64,000 bases of DNA from Armatimonadota bacterium. GTDB taxonomy: Bacteria > Armatimonadota > Armatimonadia > Armatimonadales > Armatimonadaceae. The position numbers and the translations under genes are program-made. The stretch lies in assembly GCA_043754515.1 (NCBI GenBank), contig JAYUUO010000150.1, positions 40,904 through 104,903 on the forward strand, given 5' to 3'. The notes below the pieces were generated by a model that saw nothing but the letters and a program-made list of their open reading frames with translations, ran no database searches and was not told the origin of the DNA. This document shows positions 41,302-51,513 of this stretch, in pieces; position 1 is the first letter of the stretch, and every line of letters starts with the position of its first letter.

Positions 41302-42834
41302 ATGAAACATGCCCTCCGTCTCGCGGCGACCGTCGCCGCAGGCTTCCTTGCTGGGATGCCTTGCGTCCTCGCGCCGTTATCCGCCTATGCTTCGTCGCAC
41401 AGCGACGCGCCGCTGATCAAGCTCGATCCGCAAGCCAACCTGACCGACGTCTACGCCTTCGTCGGAGACAGCGCGAACGGCAAAGTGCTGAACATCGTCG
41501 TCAATGTCCACCCATTTTGCGAACCGGGCGACGGCGCGATCTACGACAAGTTCAGTGATGACGCCATCTATAGCATCCATATCGCCGACCCGAACACCGG
41601 TGCCACCCTCCGCCGCTACGATTTCCGATTCTCCGGTCCCAGCGCGGGCTTGAAGAACCCGAATACGATCCTATCTTACGGCCTCGGTACGCAAGCGGGA
41701 GCGATCCAGAGCATCGGCGATTCCCACCAGAACTACACCCAGACCTATTCTCTGACCAGCATGTCGGGCAGTTCAGCCACATTGCTCGGTAGCAACCTGG
41801 TGACAGCCCCGCCCAATGTCGGTCTTCGTACGACGCCGCTATATAACGATCAGGTCGCTACCATCAACGGTAGCCCGAACCCGAACTACGGGTTCGCAGT
41901 CTCCGGAGCGACCTCGGATGCCACCCTCGATCCGTACACGAAGCAGGCAGTGAAATCGCTCGACAACGGGGTTCGTGTGTTCTGCGGCATGCGCGACGAT
42001 AGTTTCTACGCCGATATTCCGGGCATCTTCGATCTACTCGACCCGCGCATCCTGAAAACGCTGGGCAAGGCGAGTGGGAGCGATGGCACCGGCGTGGACG
42101 GATTCAAGGGCTACAACGTTCTCACATATGCGGTGCAGATCCCGCTCAGTCAGCTACCGGCCGCAGTGTCGTACACGCCGGTCTTCGCCGGCGCGTTCGG
42201 CCTCAGCGCGTCGCCGACGACCGGCGTCGGCGTCTACGCCTCGGTGAGTCGCCCGCGCGTCACGTTGCGCTCGGCGGTTGGCGCGCCCGTGTCATCGGGT
42301 CCCTACATCCAAGTCAACCGGCTGGGTAATCCGCTGTTCAATGAGGCCTTGGTCGCCCTAAAGGATAAGGATAATTATAACCGCGACAGTCCCACCGTGG
42401 ACGCTACGAAATATGCCACGTACGCGCTCAACAGCGAGTTGGCGACGCTGATCAACACGGTTCACGGGACGAATTTCGTGACCACGGGGCGGGTTGATCT
42501 GCAAGCCGTGTTCATCCCCGATGTTCTGCGCGTGGACACTACGACCGACGCGGTAACGCTAGCCGGTCAATCCGGGTTCTCGCGCCTCGGTTTCATCGGT
42601 GGGGACACGGTCAACAGCCCCGGCGGAACGCGGAACGCGGGTTGGCCGAACGGCCGCCGCTTCGGCGACGATGTCGTGGATGTCGCGCTGACCGCGATCG
42701 CTAGCGGCCCCTCCTACTCGACCGTGACGCTTGTCAGTGATAACATCGCGGCGAACGACCAGGTTTATAACCAGGTCTTCCCCTACTCGGCGACTCCAAA
42801 CGCCGGCACACGCAACCGCAAAGACTCGTACTAG
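41302..42834 (+). CDS. DUF4331 domain secreted protein
   Basis: Signal peptide then SSHSDAP...DP....TDVYAF, G.RDDSF..D...IFDL, QVNRLGNPLFNE, GWPNGRRFGDDVVD. Confidence 0.88.
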   Translation: MKHALRLAATVAAGFLAGMPCVLAPLSAYASSHSDAPLIKLDPQANLTDVYAFVGDSANGKVLNIVVNVHPFCEPGDGAIYDKFSDDAIYSIHIADPNTGATLRRYDFRFSGPSAGLKNPNTILSYGLGTQAGAIQSIGDSHQNYTQTYSLTSMSGSSATLLGSNLVTAPPNVGLRTTPLYNDQVATINGSPNPNYGFAVSGATSDATLDPYTKQAVKSLDNGVRVFCGMRDDSFYADIPGIFDLLDPRILKTLGKASGSDGTGVDGFKGYNVLTYAVQIPLSQLPAAVSYTPVFAGAFGLSASPTTGVGVYASVSRPRVTLRSAVGAPVSSGPYIQVNRLGNPLFNEALVALKDKDNYNRDSPTVDATKYATYALNSELATLINTVHGTNFVTTGRVDLQAVFIPDVLRVDTTTDAVTLAGQSGFSRLGFIGGDTVNSPGGTRNAGWPNGRRFGDDVVDVALTAIASGPSYSTVTLVSDNIAANDQVYNQVFPYSATPNAGTRNRKDSY

Positions 42835-42847
42835 TCGCGGGACTCGC

Positions 42848-42875
42848 ATGGGGCGGGCGCATTCTCCCGCCCCAT
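42848..42875 (+). other. Intercistronic stem-loop
   Basis: Perfect 10-bp stem ATGGGGCGGG/CCCGCCCCAT. Confidence 0.6.
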
Positions 42876-42890
42876 CCGAAAGGGTTTTCT

Positions 42891-44387
42891 ATGTCTGTTT
42901 CTTCTTCCCCGGTGGTCGGCATGGCAGGCGCGCGACCGCTCGTGATCGGCTTAATCGTCACGGTCATCGCGGGCGGGGTCGGGTTCGCCCTCGCCAGACG
43001 CGCTAAAACCGTCGCCACGCCGGTCGCCGTCGCATCGTCATCCGCCGTGCCGGTTATGGTCGCCGGGGCGTCAACTGTTACCGGAGTCTCGTCAGTTGCC
43101 GGTGCATCTGATGTATCTCCGACGCCGGAATCGGTGCGTGCCGGTATCCCCACCGTTGGGGGAACAACCGCCGCTGAGAGAGAAGTCGCCAAGCGGCTCC
43201 TCCTGACTCGATCGCACGCCTCCGACCCGCAAGCCTGGGTGAATCTGGGCGACGCGGTTATGCAACTGACGCGCGAACGCGCCGACCCGCACAACGTCGG
43301 TCCCGCCGAAAGTGCCTACCGCTACGCGCTGACGCTGAAGCCGAACCAGGCGGAGGCACTAACCGGCATGGCGTGGGTGATGGGGAATCGCCACCAGTTC
43401 GAAGAGAGCAAAGAATGGGCGCGGAAGGCGATAGCGGCGCGTCCCGACGAATCCGGTGCCTACGGGCTGATGGGCGACGCACAACTCGAGCGCGGCGACT
43501 ACGACGGCGCGTTCGAGACCTACCAGAAGATGCTCGACATCCGTCCCGACCTATCCTCTTATAGTCGCGGGGCGCACCTGCTCTACGTGACCGGCGATAC
43601 GGCTAAAGCCGTCTGGCTTATGGAGAAGGCCGTGAAGTCGGGCGGCCCCTTCGCCGAAAACACGGCATGGTGCCGTGGTCAGCTCGCCGAGATGCTTTTC
43701 AGCACCGGCGGGGTGTTGCCCGCCGAGTCGCAGGTCAAGGAAGGCATGAAGACGGCACCGGATAACCCGTTCCTACTCGTGATGGACGCCCGTATCAAAC
43801 TCGCGAAGAAGAATCTCCCCGGCGCGATAGCCTCCGCCGAAAGAGTCGTCTCTGTCGCCCCGCAACATGTCGCGGGATTAATTTTGCTGTATGACCTGTA
43901 CCGAAGAGCGGGCGAGACCGCGAAGGCGGAGGGCATGAAGGCACAAGTCGAGACCGCGGCGGTGCATTACAAGCAGCACGGGAACGCCGACCAGTTGTTT
44001 CTGGCTAAGTTCTACGCGGATCACGACCTTAAGTTATCCGACGCACTCCTGATCGTGAATGATCGGACCGCGAACGGGACGAAGGAACTAACCGCCCCGA
44101 ACGACGCCGACATCTCCGCGTGGGTGTTTTATAAGAATGGCATGTCGAAAGAGGCGGAAAAATACAGCAAGATGGCGCGGTCGAAGGGCGGGCAGGACGC
44201 GACACGTCTGTATCACGCGGGCATGATCGCGGCGAAGGACGGGTACTTGCAGGAGGCACGCCTGATGCTTTACAAGGCACTGTCCTTTAACCCAAACTTC
44301 GACCCGATCCAGGCGGATGTTTGCGCCCAAACGCTAGCGGGTCTGGCTGGTAAAGCGGTGGGCAATGATAGAGTCGCCAAGCATTGA
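42891..44387 (+). CDS. Membrane-anchored tetratricopeptide repeat protein
   Basis: N-terminal TM; TPR units (AWVNLGDA, AYGLMGDAQLERGDY, RPDLSSYSR). Confidence 0.85.
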   Translation: MSVSSSPVVGMAGARPLVIGLIVTVIAGGVGFALARRAKTVATPVAVASSSAVPVMVAGASTVTGVSSVAGASDVSPTPESVRAGIPTVGGTTAAEREVAKRLLLTRSHASDPQAWVNLGDAVMQLTRERADPHNVGPAESAYRYALTLKPNQAEALTGMAWVMGNRHQFEESKEWARKAIAARPDESGAYGLMGDAQLERGDYDGAFETYQKMLDIRPDLSSYSRGAHLLYVTGDTAKAVWLMEKAVKSGGPFAENTAWCRGQLAEMLFSTGGVLPAESQVKEGMKTAPDNPFLLVMDARIKLAKKNLPGAIASAERVVSVAPQHVAGLILLYDLYRRAGETAKAEGMKAQVETAAVHYKQHGNADQLFLAKFYADHDLKLSDALLIVNDRTANGTKELTAPNDADISAWVFYKNGMSKEAEKYSKMARSKGGQDATRLYHAGMIAAKDGYLQEARLMLYKALSFNPNFDPIQADVCAQTLAGLAGKAVGNDRVAKH

Positions 44388-45466
44388 GACGCCTTGTCGC
44401 CGTGTTGCTTTGTTGCCTCGCCTTCTTGCCCACGGCGCGGGCACACGACATCCCGGCAAGCCGGGTAGATGTGCGTGTGTCCGGTTCACGCGTCGCAGTG
44501 GACATAGACGCGCCCGTTTCCGGCTGGATGTACGATATTGCGGTACTCACCCCGGAAAACGCGATCAGTCGGCAAATAGAGATTGAGTCGCTGGCGATGA
44601 GCCGGCTCACCTTCTCCGCGGACGGGGCGACGTTGCCCGTTACTTCGGCGGGCGCGGCGCGGCTTCTGCCGCGCGTTCGGGACCAAACGCCGCTACGCCT
44701 GTCGCTCTCCGCCCCGCTACCGCCGGGCGCGAGGACGCTGACGATACGGGGGCAACTGTTCCCGACCGATCCGAAACATCACACCATCTTGACCGTGCGC
44801 GGGGCGGGGGGGCGGCTGGTACATGAGGCGATACTGACGCCAGAAGCCCCGGAAGCTGTCGTCCAGCTCGGCGATGTGACCAGACAGAACCCATTATCCG
44901 TGTTCGCGCAGTTCGTTAAAGAGGGCGTTTTTCACATCGCCATCGGTCCCGATCATATCCTGTTCGTGGTCGCGCTTCTCCTGATGGGCGGGTCGGTAAA
45001 GCAGCTACTCAAAGTCGTGACCGCGTTCACGGTCGCTCACAGCATAACGCTGGTGCTCGCCGCCCTCGGAATCGTCAAGTTACCCGGTTCTATAATAGAG
45101 CCGACTATCGCGGCGAGCATCGTTTTCGTCGGCGTACGCGTGTTACAAACCAAATGGCGAATCAGCGGCGCGAAAGCCCCCGAGGAACGGTTACCGTATG
45201 CCTTCGGATTCGGTCTTGTCCATGGCTTCGGCTTCGCCAGCGCACTTTCTGAGTTGGCACTGCCACGGTACGCGCTTGCGATGTCGCTGGTCGGTTTCAA
45301 CATCGGGGTCGAGATCGGACAGGCGACGCTGGTTCTGACAATCGCCCCGATTCTCGCATGGCTTCACCGGGCGCATCCCGCGCTAGCCCACCGCCTCGTT
45401 TTAGCAACGGCTATTATTGTCATTATTGCTGGGGCTTACTGGTTTGGCGAAAGGGTCGCGGGCTAA
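44384..45466 (+). CDS. HupE/UreJ-family membrane protein with N-terminal exported domain
   Basis: ARA-HD signal, [44 protein letters not shown] start overlapping upstream stop. Confidence 0.88.
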   Translation: MRRLVAVLLCCLAFLPTARAHDIPASRVDVRVSGSRVAVDIDAPVSGWMYDIAVLTPENAISRQIEIESLAMSRLTFSADGATLPVTSAGAARLLPRVRDQTPLRLSLSAPLPPGARTLTIRGQLFPTDPKHHTILTVRGAGGRLVHEAILTPEAPEAVVQLGDVTRQNPLSVFAQFVKEGVFHIAIGPDHILFVVALLLMGGSVKQLLKVVTAFTVAHSITLVLAALGIVKLPGSIIEPTIAASIVFVGVRVLQTKWRISGAKAPEERLPYAFGFGLVHGFGFASALSELALPRYALAMSLVGFNIGVEIGQATLVLTIAPILAWLHRAHPALAHRLVLATAIIVIIAGAYWFGERVAG

Positions 45467-45485
45467 TCCCCGCTTGGAGAAGAAC

Positions 45486-46506
45486 ATGAAACAGAAGTCT
45501 AGTACCGTGGTATACACCGCGACAGACGAATCGAGAAGTCAAGGAGGCGCGGCGTCTCTCTCACATAAACCGTTTGACTACAAACCCCGACTCAGCCGCC
45601 TTTGTCGAGGGCGCGGTTTCACCTTGATTGAACTGCTCGTCGTGATCGCCATAATCGCTATCCTTGCCGCTATCCTGTTTCCGGTGTTCGCTGGAGCGCG
45701 GGAGAAGGCCCGGCAGACGGCCTGTCTGTCAAACGAGCGACAGCTCGGACTCGCCGCGCGGATGTATATGACCGACAACGACGACTCCCTGTACCACCAT
45801 CATGAAGGCTGGGTTCTGGACGACGGGACGCAACTAGATACTCTTCCCGCGACGCCCGATGGTTGCGTGGGCGGGGGGGGCGGGCAATAGCAACGCCGAA
45901 AAGCCCTGGGCGATCTTCTTCCAGCCTTACATGAAGAGCCGTCAACTGTTGTTCTGCCCGTCCGATCCGGAGCCGCGTTCCGACACCCTGGCTACCGATA
46001 TAAAAGGATACAACGGCGGCATAACGATGCTGGGCGGCGAGTGTGTCGCCGCGCCGGACGGCGAGCAGTGTCGGGCGGAGAAAGACCATACGGCGATGTG
46101 GAGCTACGTTCTTAACTCGGTGTTCACTCACCGGTCGTGTCGCTACGCGACGGAGAAGGCACTACCCGATTTCGCGACGGACGCGGTGCTCGAGGCACTG
46201 CCCGACCCCAACCTAATTATGTTCTCGGAGCGAAACTCTGCCGCGCTGGACGCCGTTGATAACACCGACTTCGGCTACGTGCCGCAGGACGATTACGACA
46301 CCTGGGCGGGCGAAGCCGCGCTCGTTAACTGGGGCGGCAGTAGCCGTTACGGAAGTCAAGGTTGGATCGTTTACAACCGGCATAACGGCGGGTCGAACTA
46401 CGTCTTCGCGGACGGTCATGTCAAGTGGATGCGCTGGGGGCAGGCACGCGGCTATCAGTATCCGGATCATAAAGTGCGGTTCCCTCTGACAAACCCGCCG
46501 CAATAG
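45486..46506 (+). pseudogene. Prepilin/DUF1559 H-X9-DG protein, frameshifted at a G8 tract
   Basis: [14 protein letters not shown]...AREKARQ in first frame; RHNGGSNYVFADGH in second; G7 at 45873-45880 would restore the frame. Confidence 0.85.
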
Positions 46507-46668
46507 TTCCGCGAACAAAGGGGAGGGGATGTGGTTTGTCGGGCTAGGCTTCGCGGCTTGTGGAGGTGCCTTTCCTCCCCACCTACACCACTTCCCGCCA
46601 TTGCCGCGCCGAAGAAGTCGGCTGTCTTTTGACACCCGACCTCGGGCGTTTCAGGGTACAAACCTTGT

Positions 46669-47331
46669 ATGCAACTCCCGATAGTTCATTCTTTCGACCT
46701 GACGCCCGAGGAAGCGGTCGCCCTGCAACGCGAACTCGCCGCCCAGGTCATTGACCGCGACGACTTCGACCCGTCCGCCCTTCGGACTATCGCCGGTATT
46801 GATGTGTCGCTCGCGGGCGGGGGCCGGGCTGCGGTTGTCGTGCTGTCGCTCCCCGGTCTCGATGTCGTGGAGAGCGTCACCGCGTCCGCCCCGATCACGT
46901 TCCCCTACGTCCCCGGCTTGCTGTCGTTCCGCGAAACGCCGCTGGTGCTCGCCGCGCTGGAGAAACTGCCCACGCCGCCCGACCTTCTGATGATAGACGG
47001 GCAGGGGCGGGCACACCCGCGCCGGTTCGGCATCGCGTGTCACGTCGGCGTCCTCACCGGCCTCCCGGCCATCGGCGTCGCCAAATCCATCCTTTGCGGC
47101 AAACACGAGCCGTTCGACGAGGACCCCGGTAGCTCCGAGCCGCTGACCCACCGCGGCGAGACCATCGGCACGGTGCTACGCACGAAGAAGCGAACCAACC
47201 CGCTGATCATCTCGGTCGGGCACCGCGTCTCGCTCGCCACTTCGGTATCGCTGGTGCGGCAGTGTCTGCGCGGCTACCGCCTGCCGGAGCCGACGCGTCA
47301 AGCGCACAACGCCGCCGGGGCCGACGAGTAA
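46669..47331 (+). CDS. nfi: Endonuclease V (deoxyinosine 3'-endonuclease)
   Basis: IAGIDVS, FPYVPGLLSFRE, IDGQGRAHPRRFGIACH, IGVAKS, YRLPEPTRQAH. Confidence 0.95.
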   Translation: MQLPIVHSFDLTPEEAVALQRELAAQVIDRDDFDPSALRTIAGIDVSLAGGGRAAVVVLSLPGLDVVESVTASAPITFPYVPGLLSFRETPLVLAALEKLPTPPDLLMIDGQGRAHPRRFGIACHVGVLTGLPAIGVAKSILCGKHEPFDEDPGSSEPLTHRGETIGTVLRTKKRTNPLIISVGHRVSLATSVSLVRQCLRGYRLPEPTRQAHNAAGADE

Positions 47332-47465
47332 AGTGTGAAACGGCTACCGGCACCGGGTTGATGCCGACGCTCTGAATCAACCATGTTGGGCGAAAATCGG
47401 CTCTCGAGGTGCGCCTTAAGTAGTCGGCGAACAGAGATCGTTATCCCGACGCGGGAACAATATTT

Positions 47466-48984
47466 GTAACTATTCAGGCACCGTTCAAAGCGGGCAAAAT
47501 CGGTTCCCCGGCAAAGACGGACTGCAAGCAGTCCAGCAACCGCATCCCCTGTTCGCGGCAGGTCACGATGTAACTGCGCAGTCGGCAGAACGTGTCCGCC
47601 CCCGCTTTCGTGCGGAAACAACCGCTCACCTCGGCTTTCACCTTCATCATCCGTAAGTCGCGCTCGGCTTCATTGTTGGTAAAGGGCACCCTCAGATCGA
47701 ACAGGAAGGCGAGGCATTCGTCCCGGTGGTTCCGTAGCCGCTCCAGAAGGCAGCGCGCCTTGCCCTTGGAGACCCGACGCCCTACCTCCTTCTCTAGCAG
47801 TTTAGTCGGTAACGGGTTCGCTTCCAATCCCTGAGCGACTATCGCGTCGAAGGCGCGGGCGAGTCGTCGCGCGTTCCACAACTTGGGTGAACCGCGCTCG
47901 CGTGCCCGGTGACACGCCGCGACCATGTCCTCCATTACCACCTTGAGCGAACCCGCCCAGTCTTGCCTCAAGACTTCGCGTGCGTAGGTCAACTCCCGCA
48001 ACAGATGCGCCCCGCAGAACTGGTGATCACAGGCGAGCGTGACGTAATTGCTATAAAAGTCCGAGACGAGCCGCCCTCGGTAAGCGAGTAAGTCATCTAC
48101 CGCCTCCTTACCGCGCCGCTCGTGGGCGAACAAATAACAAAGGGCGTCCGTGCTACGGGTGTGTACCCAGTGGAGTCTGCCGGCGACCCGCACGCCCGTC
48201 TCGTCCGCGTGGAGCAAGGGCGATCCACCCGCCGCCCCTTTGAAGACGTCGCTCGAACGGTACCAACCGATCCGTGGCGCGCGACAGAGCCGCTTGCAGG
48301 CTGCCCGCGCCGAAAGGGGCACCCGTCACGTCCCGCACGATTTGCGCAGGAAGTTCCGCAGCGGAACTGTCCGAGCAACGGGCGAAGGGCAGCAAATGGA
48401 CGCCCTGCGGATAGGCGGCGAAGCCCAAAAGGTTCGCGCCGTACTGAACCGGTTGCTCTACCCCGGCTGGGAAAGGGGCGGCGCATCGCTTCGCACAGCA
48501 AGGGCAAGTCAGGGTCAGCGCGCGGTGTTCCGTGACGACGACCCGAGGGGCAGGCATGTCGAAGACTTGTCGGCGTGCGTAAGGGGCGGACGGGTCGGCT
48601 TGCAACAGTGCCGGGCAGCGCGGACACGTCAGCGGGCGGTGTTCGACAACGACATCGGGCGCGGCGACCCGCGGGAGCGTCGTGCCTGTATGTCCGGGTT
48701 GTCCGCCGGGCTTCCTACCGCTTTTGGTGCGTAGGCTTCACGGCGCGGGCTTGCTCAATCCGTCGCTCGATGGTGGTTTGGAGGAGTTATTGGAGTTCTT
48801 GGCAACCCGCTCTTCTAACTGTTGAACTCGCCGGATAAGGTCCGCCAGAAACGCGACGACCGTCTCTTCGCCCTATTGGTAGAGGGCGCGGGCTTGTTCT
48901 TCGGGTGTCATGGCAGGGGACGGCATAGCGGGTTAGGACTATGCTATCATAGAGCTAACTGTCCGGCGACCGCTGAATAGTTAC
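47466..48984 (-). mobile_element. IS66-family insertion sequence (single-ORF, ISBst12-like), degenerate
   Basis: Perfect 12-bp terminal IRs GTAACTATTCAG (47466) / CTGAATAGTTAC (48973-48984), about 1.5 kb. Confidence 0.9.
47474..48926 (-). pseudogene. IS66 transposase with stops and frameshifts
   Basis: NSSKPPSSD, GGQPGH, RRQVFD, HADETG, VSDFY, C.AHLLREL, FTNNEAERDLR; in-frame TAG/TGA near the N-terminus. Confidence 0.9.
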
Positions 48985-48985
48985 C

Positions 48986-49027
48986 AAAAAAGAACGCCCC
49001 CGATTCTGTTACAGAATCGGGAGCGTT
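48986..49027 (-). terminator. Intrinsic terminator of the sigma factor gene
   Basis: Stem AACGC.CCCGATTCTG/CAGAATCGGG.GCGTT followed on - strand by CTTTTTT. Confidence 0.85.
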
Positions 49028-49047
49028 GGCTCATCTACCGCGAAGTG

Positions 49048-50064
49048 CTAGGCGACCACCGTCTCCCGCAGACGTCCGCCGATCTCCGAGCGGCGCAACT
49101 TCTGCAACGCGCCCGCTTCGATCTGGCGCGCACGCTCGCGCGAAAGGTGTAGTTCCTTGCCCACCTGCTCCAATGTCATCGGAGCCTCGGCATCCTCCGA
49201 CAGGCCGTAGCGCAGTTCCAGCACTTCCCGCTCCCGCGGGGTGAGCTGCTTGAGCGCACGCCCGATCTCCTCGCGCAAGGCGCGGCGGAACACGCGTGCC
49301 GACGGCAGGGTGGCATCCTCCGCCGGGAGCAGGTCGCCGAGTCGGGTCGTCGAGTCGCCGGCGGGCGCGTCTAGACTCATCGGCTCCGGCGTTTCCGCCT
49401 CCAGTAGTGTTTCCACCTTGTCCACGGGCAACCCCACTTCGGCGGCTATTTCGATAGCGGTCGGGGTGCGGTTCAGTTTCGTCGCCAGCATCTCGCGCGT
49501 TCGCTTGATCTTGCCCAGCGACTCGATGGCATGCGACGGCAGACGGATCGTCCGCCCCTGATTCTCCACCGCCCGCCCGAGAGCCTGCCGGATCCAATGC
49601 GTCGCGTAGGTCGAGAACCGGAACCCGCGCCGGTAGTCGAACTTATCCACGGCGTGAATCAGCCCGAGCGTACCCTCCTGAATCAGATCCTCCATGGCGA
49701 TCCCACGGTTCTGATACTTCTTGGCGATGGATGTCACGAGGCGCAGGTTGGCGTTCACCAACACTTCGCGCGCCCACTTCTCACCCTGTTCGACTTTGCG
49801 TGCCAACTTCCGCTCCTGCTCCATCGAGAGCAGGGCGGTGTTACTCGAACCGGTTCGGTCCGTGAGATACGAGGCGAAATCTTCCTTGTTCGCGAATGCC
49901 GACTCGTCATCGAGATCGTCAACCGGTGCCGGGGGCTTCGGGTTGGTCGCAACCGCGAACGTCGCAACCGGTTTGACAACCGGCTCGCTCCGCAGTTCGT
50001 TCAACCCTTCCAGCGTCGTGTCGTGATTTTTAATTTCGTTATCCAATGTTTCTACCAGGAACAT
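49048..50064 (-). CDS. RNA polymerase sigma-70 factor, RpoD/SigA-like, lacking a long region 1.1
   Basis: NLRLVTSIAKKY, DLIQEG.LGL..AVDKFD..RGFRFSTYAT.WIRQ, TLEQVG...LSRERARQIE. Confidence 0.92.
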   Translation of the reverse strand: MFLVETLDNEIKNHDTTLEGLNELRSEPVVKPVATFAVATNPKPPAPVDDLDDESAFANKEDFASYLTDRTGSSNTALLSMEQERKLARKVEQGEKWAREVLVNANLRLVTSIAKKYQNRGIAMEDLIQEGTLGLIHAVDKFDYRRGFRFSTYATHWIRQALGRAVENQGRTIRLPSHAIESLGKIKRTREMLATKLNRTPTAIEIAAEVGLPVDKVETLLEAETPEPMSLDAPAGDSTTRLGDLLPAEDATLPSARVFRRALREEIGRALKQLTPREREVLELRYGLSEDAEAPMTLEQVGKELHLSRERARQIEAGALQKLRRSEIGGRLRETVVA

Positions 50065-50427
50065 AATGTGTACTCTTCTTTGCCTATCCGGGGAAGGCAA
50101 CGCACGTCAAAACTATCAGCATCGGCTACCGTCCCAGAAAAATGGGCGTGCCATTTAGTAACGCTAAAAAACCCTTGCAAGTTCCCTATCGTTCAAGATA
50201 CAATCGTTGCTAAGGCTAATTTTTCCCGCGTCGGTAGGTTTCTCCGGCGGGCGCGTGGATTCCTTCTTCTTGGACTAACCCTCGCGGCGGATTGGTTCCG
50301 GTTCGCAGGACGAGGAACGAGCCGGGTCCCACCGCTCCGGCGTTCCACCATCCGCCGCCGTGCTTTAACTCTCCACGTTTTCCGGGTGGGGCGCGGGTGG
50401 CAGATGGGCTGACTTGATACCAAAAGC

Positions 50428-51408
50428 ATGCAAGTAACGTTTCTTGGGACGGGATCCGGCGCACCGACGCGGGCGCGAAACGTGTCGGGGGCGACACTAT
50501 TCCTGCCTGAACGCGGCGAGCTTTTCCTCTTCGACTGCGGTGAGGGAACCCAGCATCAGTGTCTGCGGGCGGCGCAGGTCCGCCTGTCACAACTGAGCCG
50601 GGTCTTCATCACGCATATGCACGGCGACCACGTTTTCGGCCTCGTCGGTCTGCTCGCGTCCCGCGCCCTCGCCCAGGGGGGCACCTCGCCCGTCGCGCTG
50701 TACGGCCCCGCCCAACTCGAGACCTACGTGCGCGGGTGCCTTCACACGACGGGGACACACTGGGGATACCCTATGTCGTTCCACACCGTCCGCCCCGGCG
50801 TCCTGTTCGAGGATGAGCAAATGCTCGTGGAATGTGCCCCGGTCCGTCACCGTTGCGATGCCTTCGCCTACGCGGTTCAGGAGAAGCCGCAGGCGGGTCG
50901 CTTCGACGCGGAGGCGGCGCGCGCCCTGGGGATACCGCCGGGACCGCTCTACGGACGGCTCAAGGCGGGCGACACCGTAACCCTCCCGGACGGGCGCGAA
51001 ATAAACGGCGCGACGCTGGTCGGCCCGCCGCGCGTGGGTCGCCGGGTCGTCTACTCCGGCGACACGGCGTACTGCGCGGATCTGGCGCGGCTCGCCGCCG
51101 ACGCCGATTTGCTGATACACGAGGCGACGTTCGCGGAGTCCGAGCGCGGCCTGGCGGATCGGGCGGCGCACTCCACCGCGACCGACGCCGCGCGGATCGC
51201 CGAACTCGCTGGTGTCCGGCAACTGGTGCTGACGCATATCTCGCCCCGCTACGACGCCGACGGGGGGGCGGGCCTCGACGCCCTACTTAGCGAGGCGCGC
51301 GCCATTTTCCCCGCGTCCGAGGTTGCCTACGATCTGATGCGCGTCGAGGTACCGCGCCGCGAACACGGCGACAGCGCGGACGATCCCCGGTCACCGTCCG
51401 CCGAATGA
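50428..51408 (+). CDS. rnz: Ribonuclease Z
   Basis: FLGTGSG.PT..RN, DCGEGTQ, ITHMHGDH, GIPPGPLYG exosite, SGDT, HEAT, LTHISPRY. Confidence 0.95.
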   Translation: MQVTFLGTGSGAPTRARNVSGATLFLPERGELFLFDCGEGTQHQCLRAAQVRLSQLSRVFITHMHGDHVFGLVGLLASRALAQGGTSPVALYGPAQLETYVRGCLHTTGTHWGYPMSFHTVRPGVLFEDEQMLVECAPVRHRCDAFAYAVQEKPQAGRFDAEAARALGIPPGPLYGRLKAGDTVTLPDGREINGATLVGPPRVGRRVVYSGDTAYCADLARLAADADLLIHEATFAESERGLADRAAHSTATDAARIAELAGVRQLVLTHISPRYDADGGAGLDALLSEARAIFPASEVAYDLMRVEVPRREHGDSADDPRSPSAE

Positions 51409-51420
51409 TCGTTGCCGTGA

Positions 51421-51478
51421 AATGTTTTAATGAACGTGTTCATAAAATATTGACGTCCCCCGATTCCTCTGTCATACT
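51421..51478 (+). promoter_or_regulatory. Sigma-70 promoter with adjacent palindromic operator
   Basis: ATGAAC-GT-GTTCAT palindrome (51430-51443); TTGACG-17 nt-CATACT. Confidence 0.6.
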
Positions 51479-51513
51479 ATAGGTAAACCTGTCCGCCGAA
51501 GGAGAACCAGAAG

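Noticed and set aside
51430..51443. LexA SOS box
   Set aside because: Gram-positive-type box is GAAC-N4-GTTC; spacer here is 2 nt
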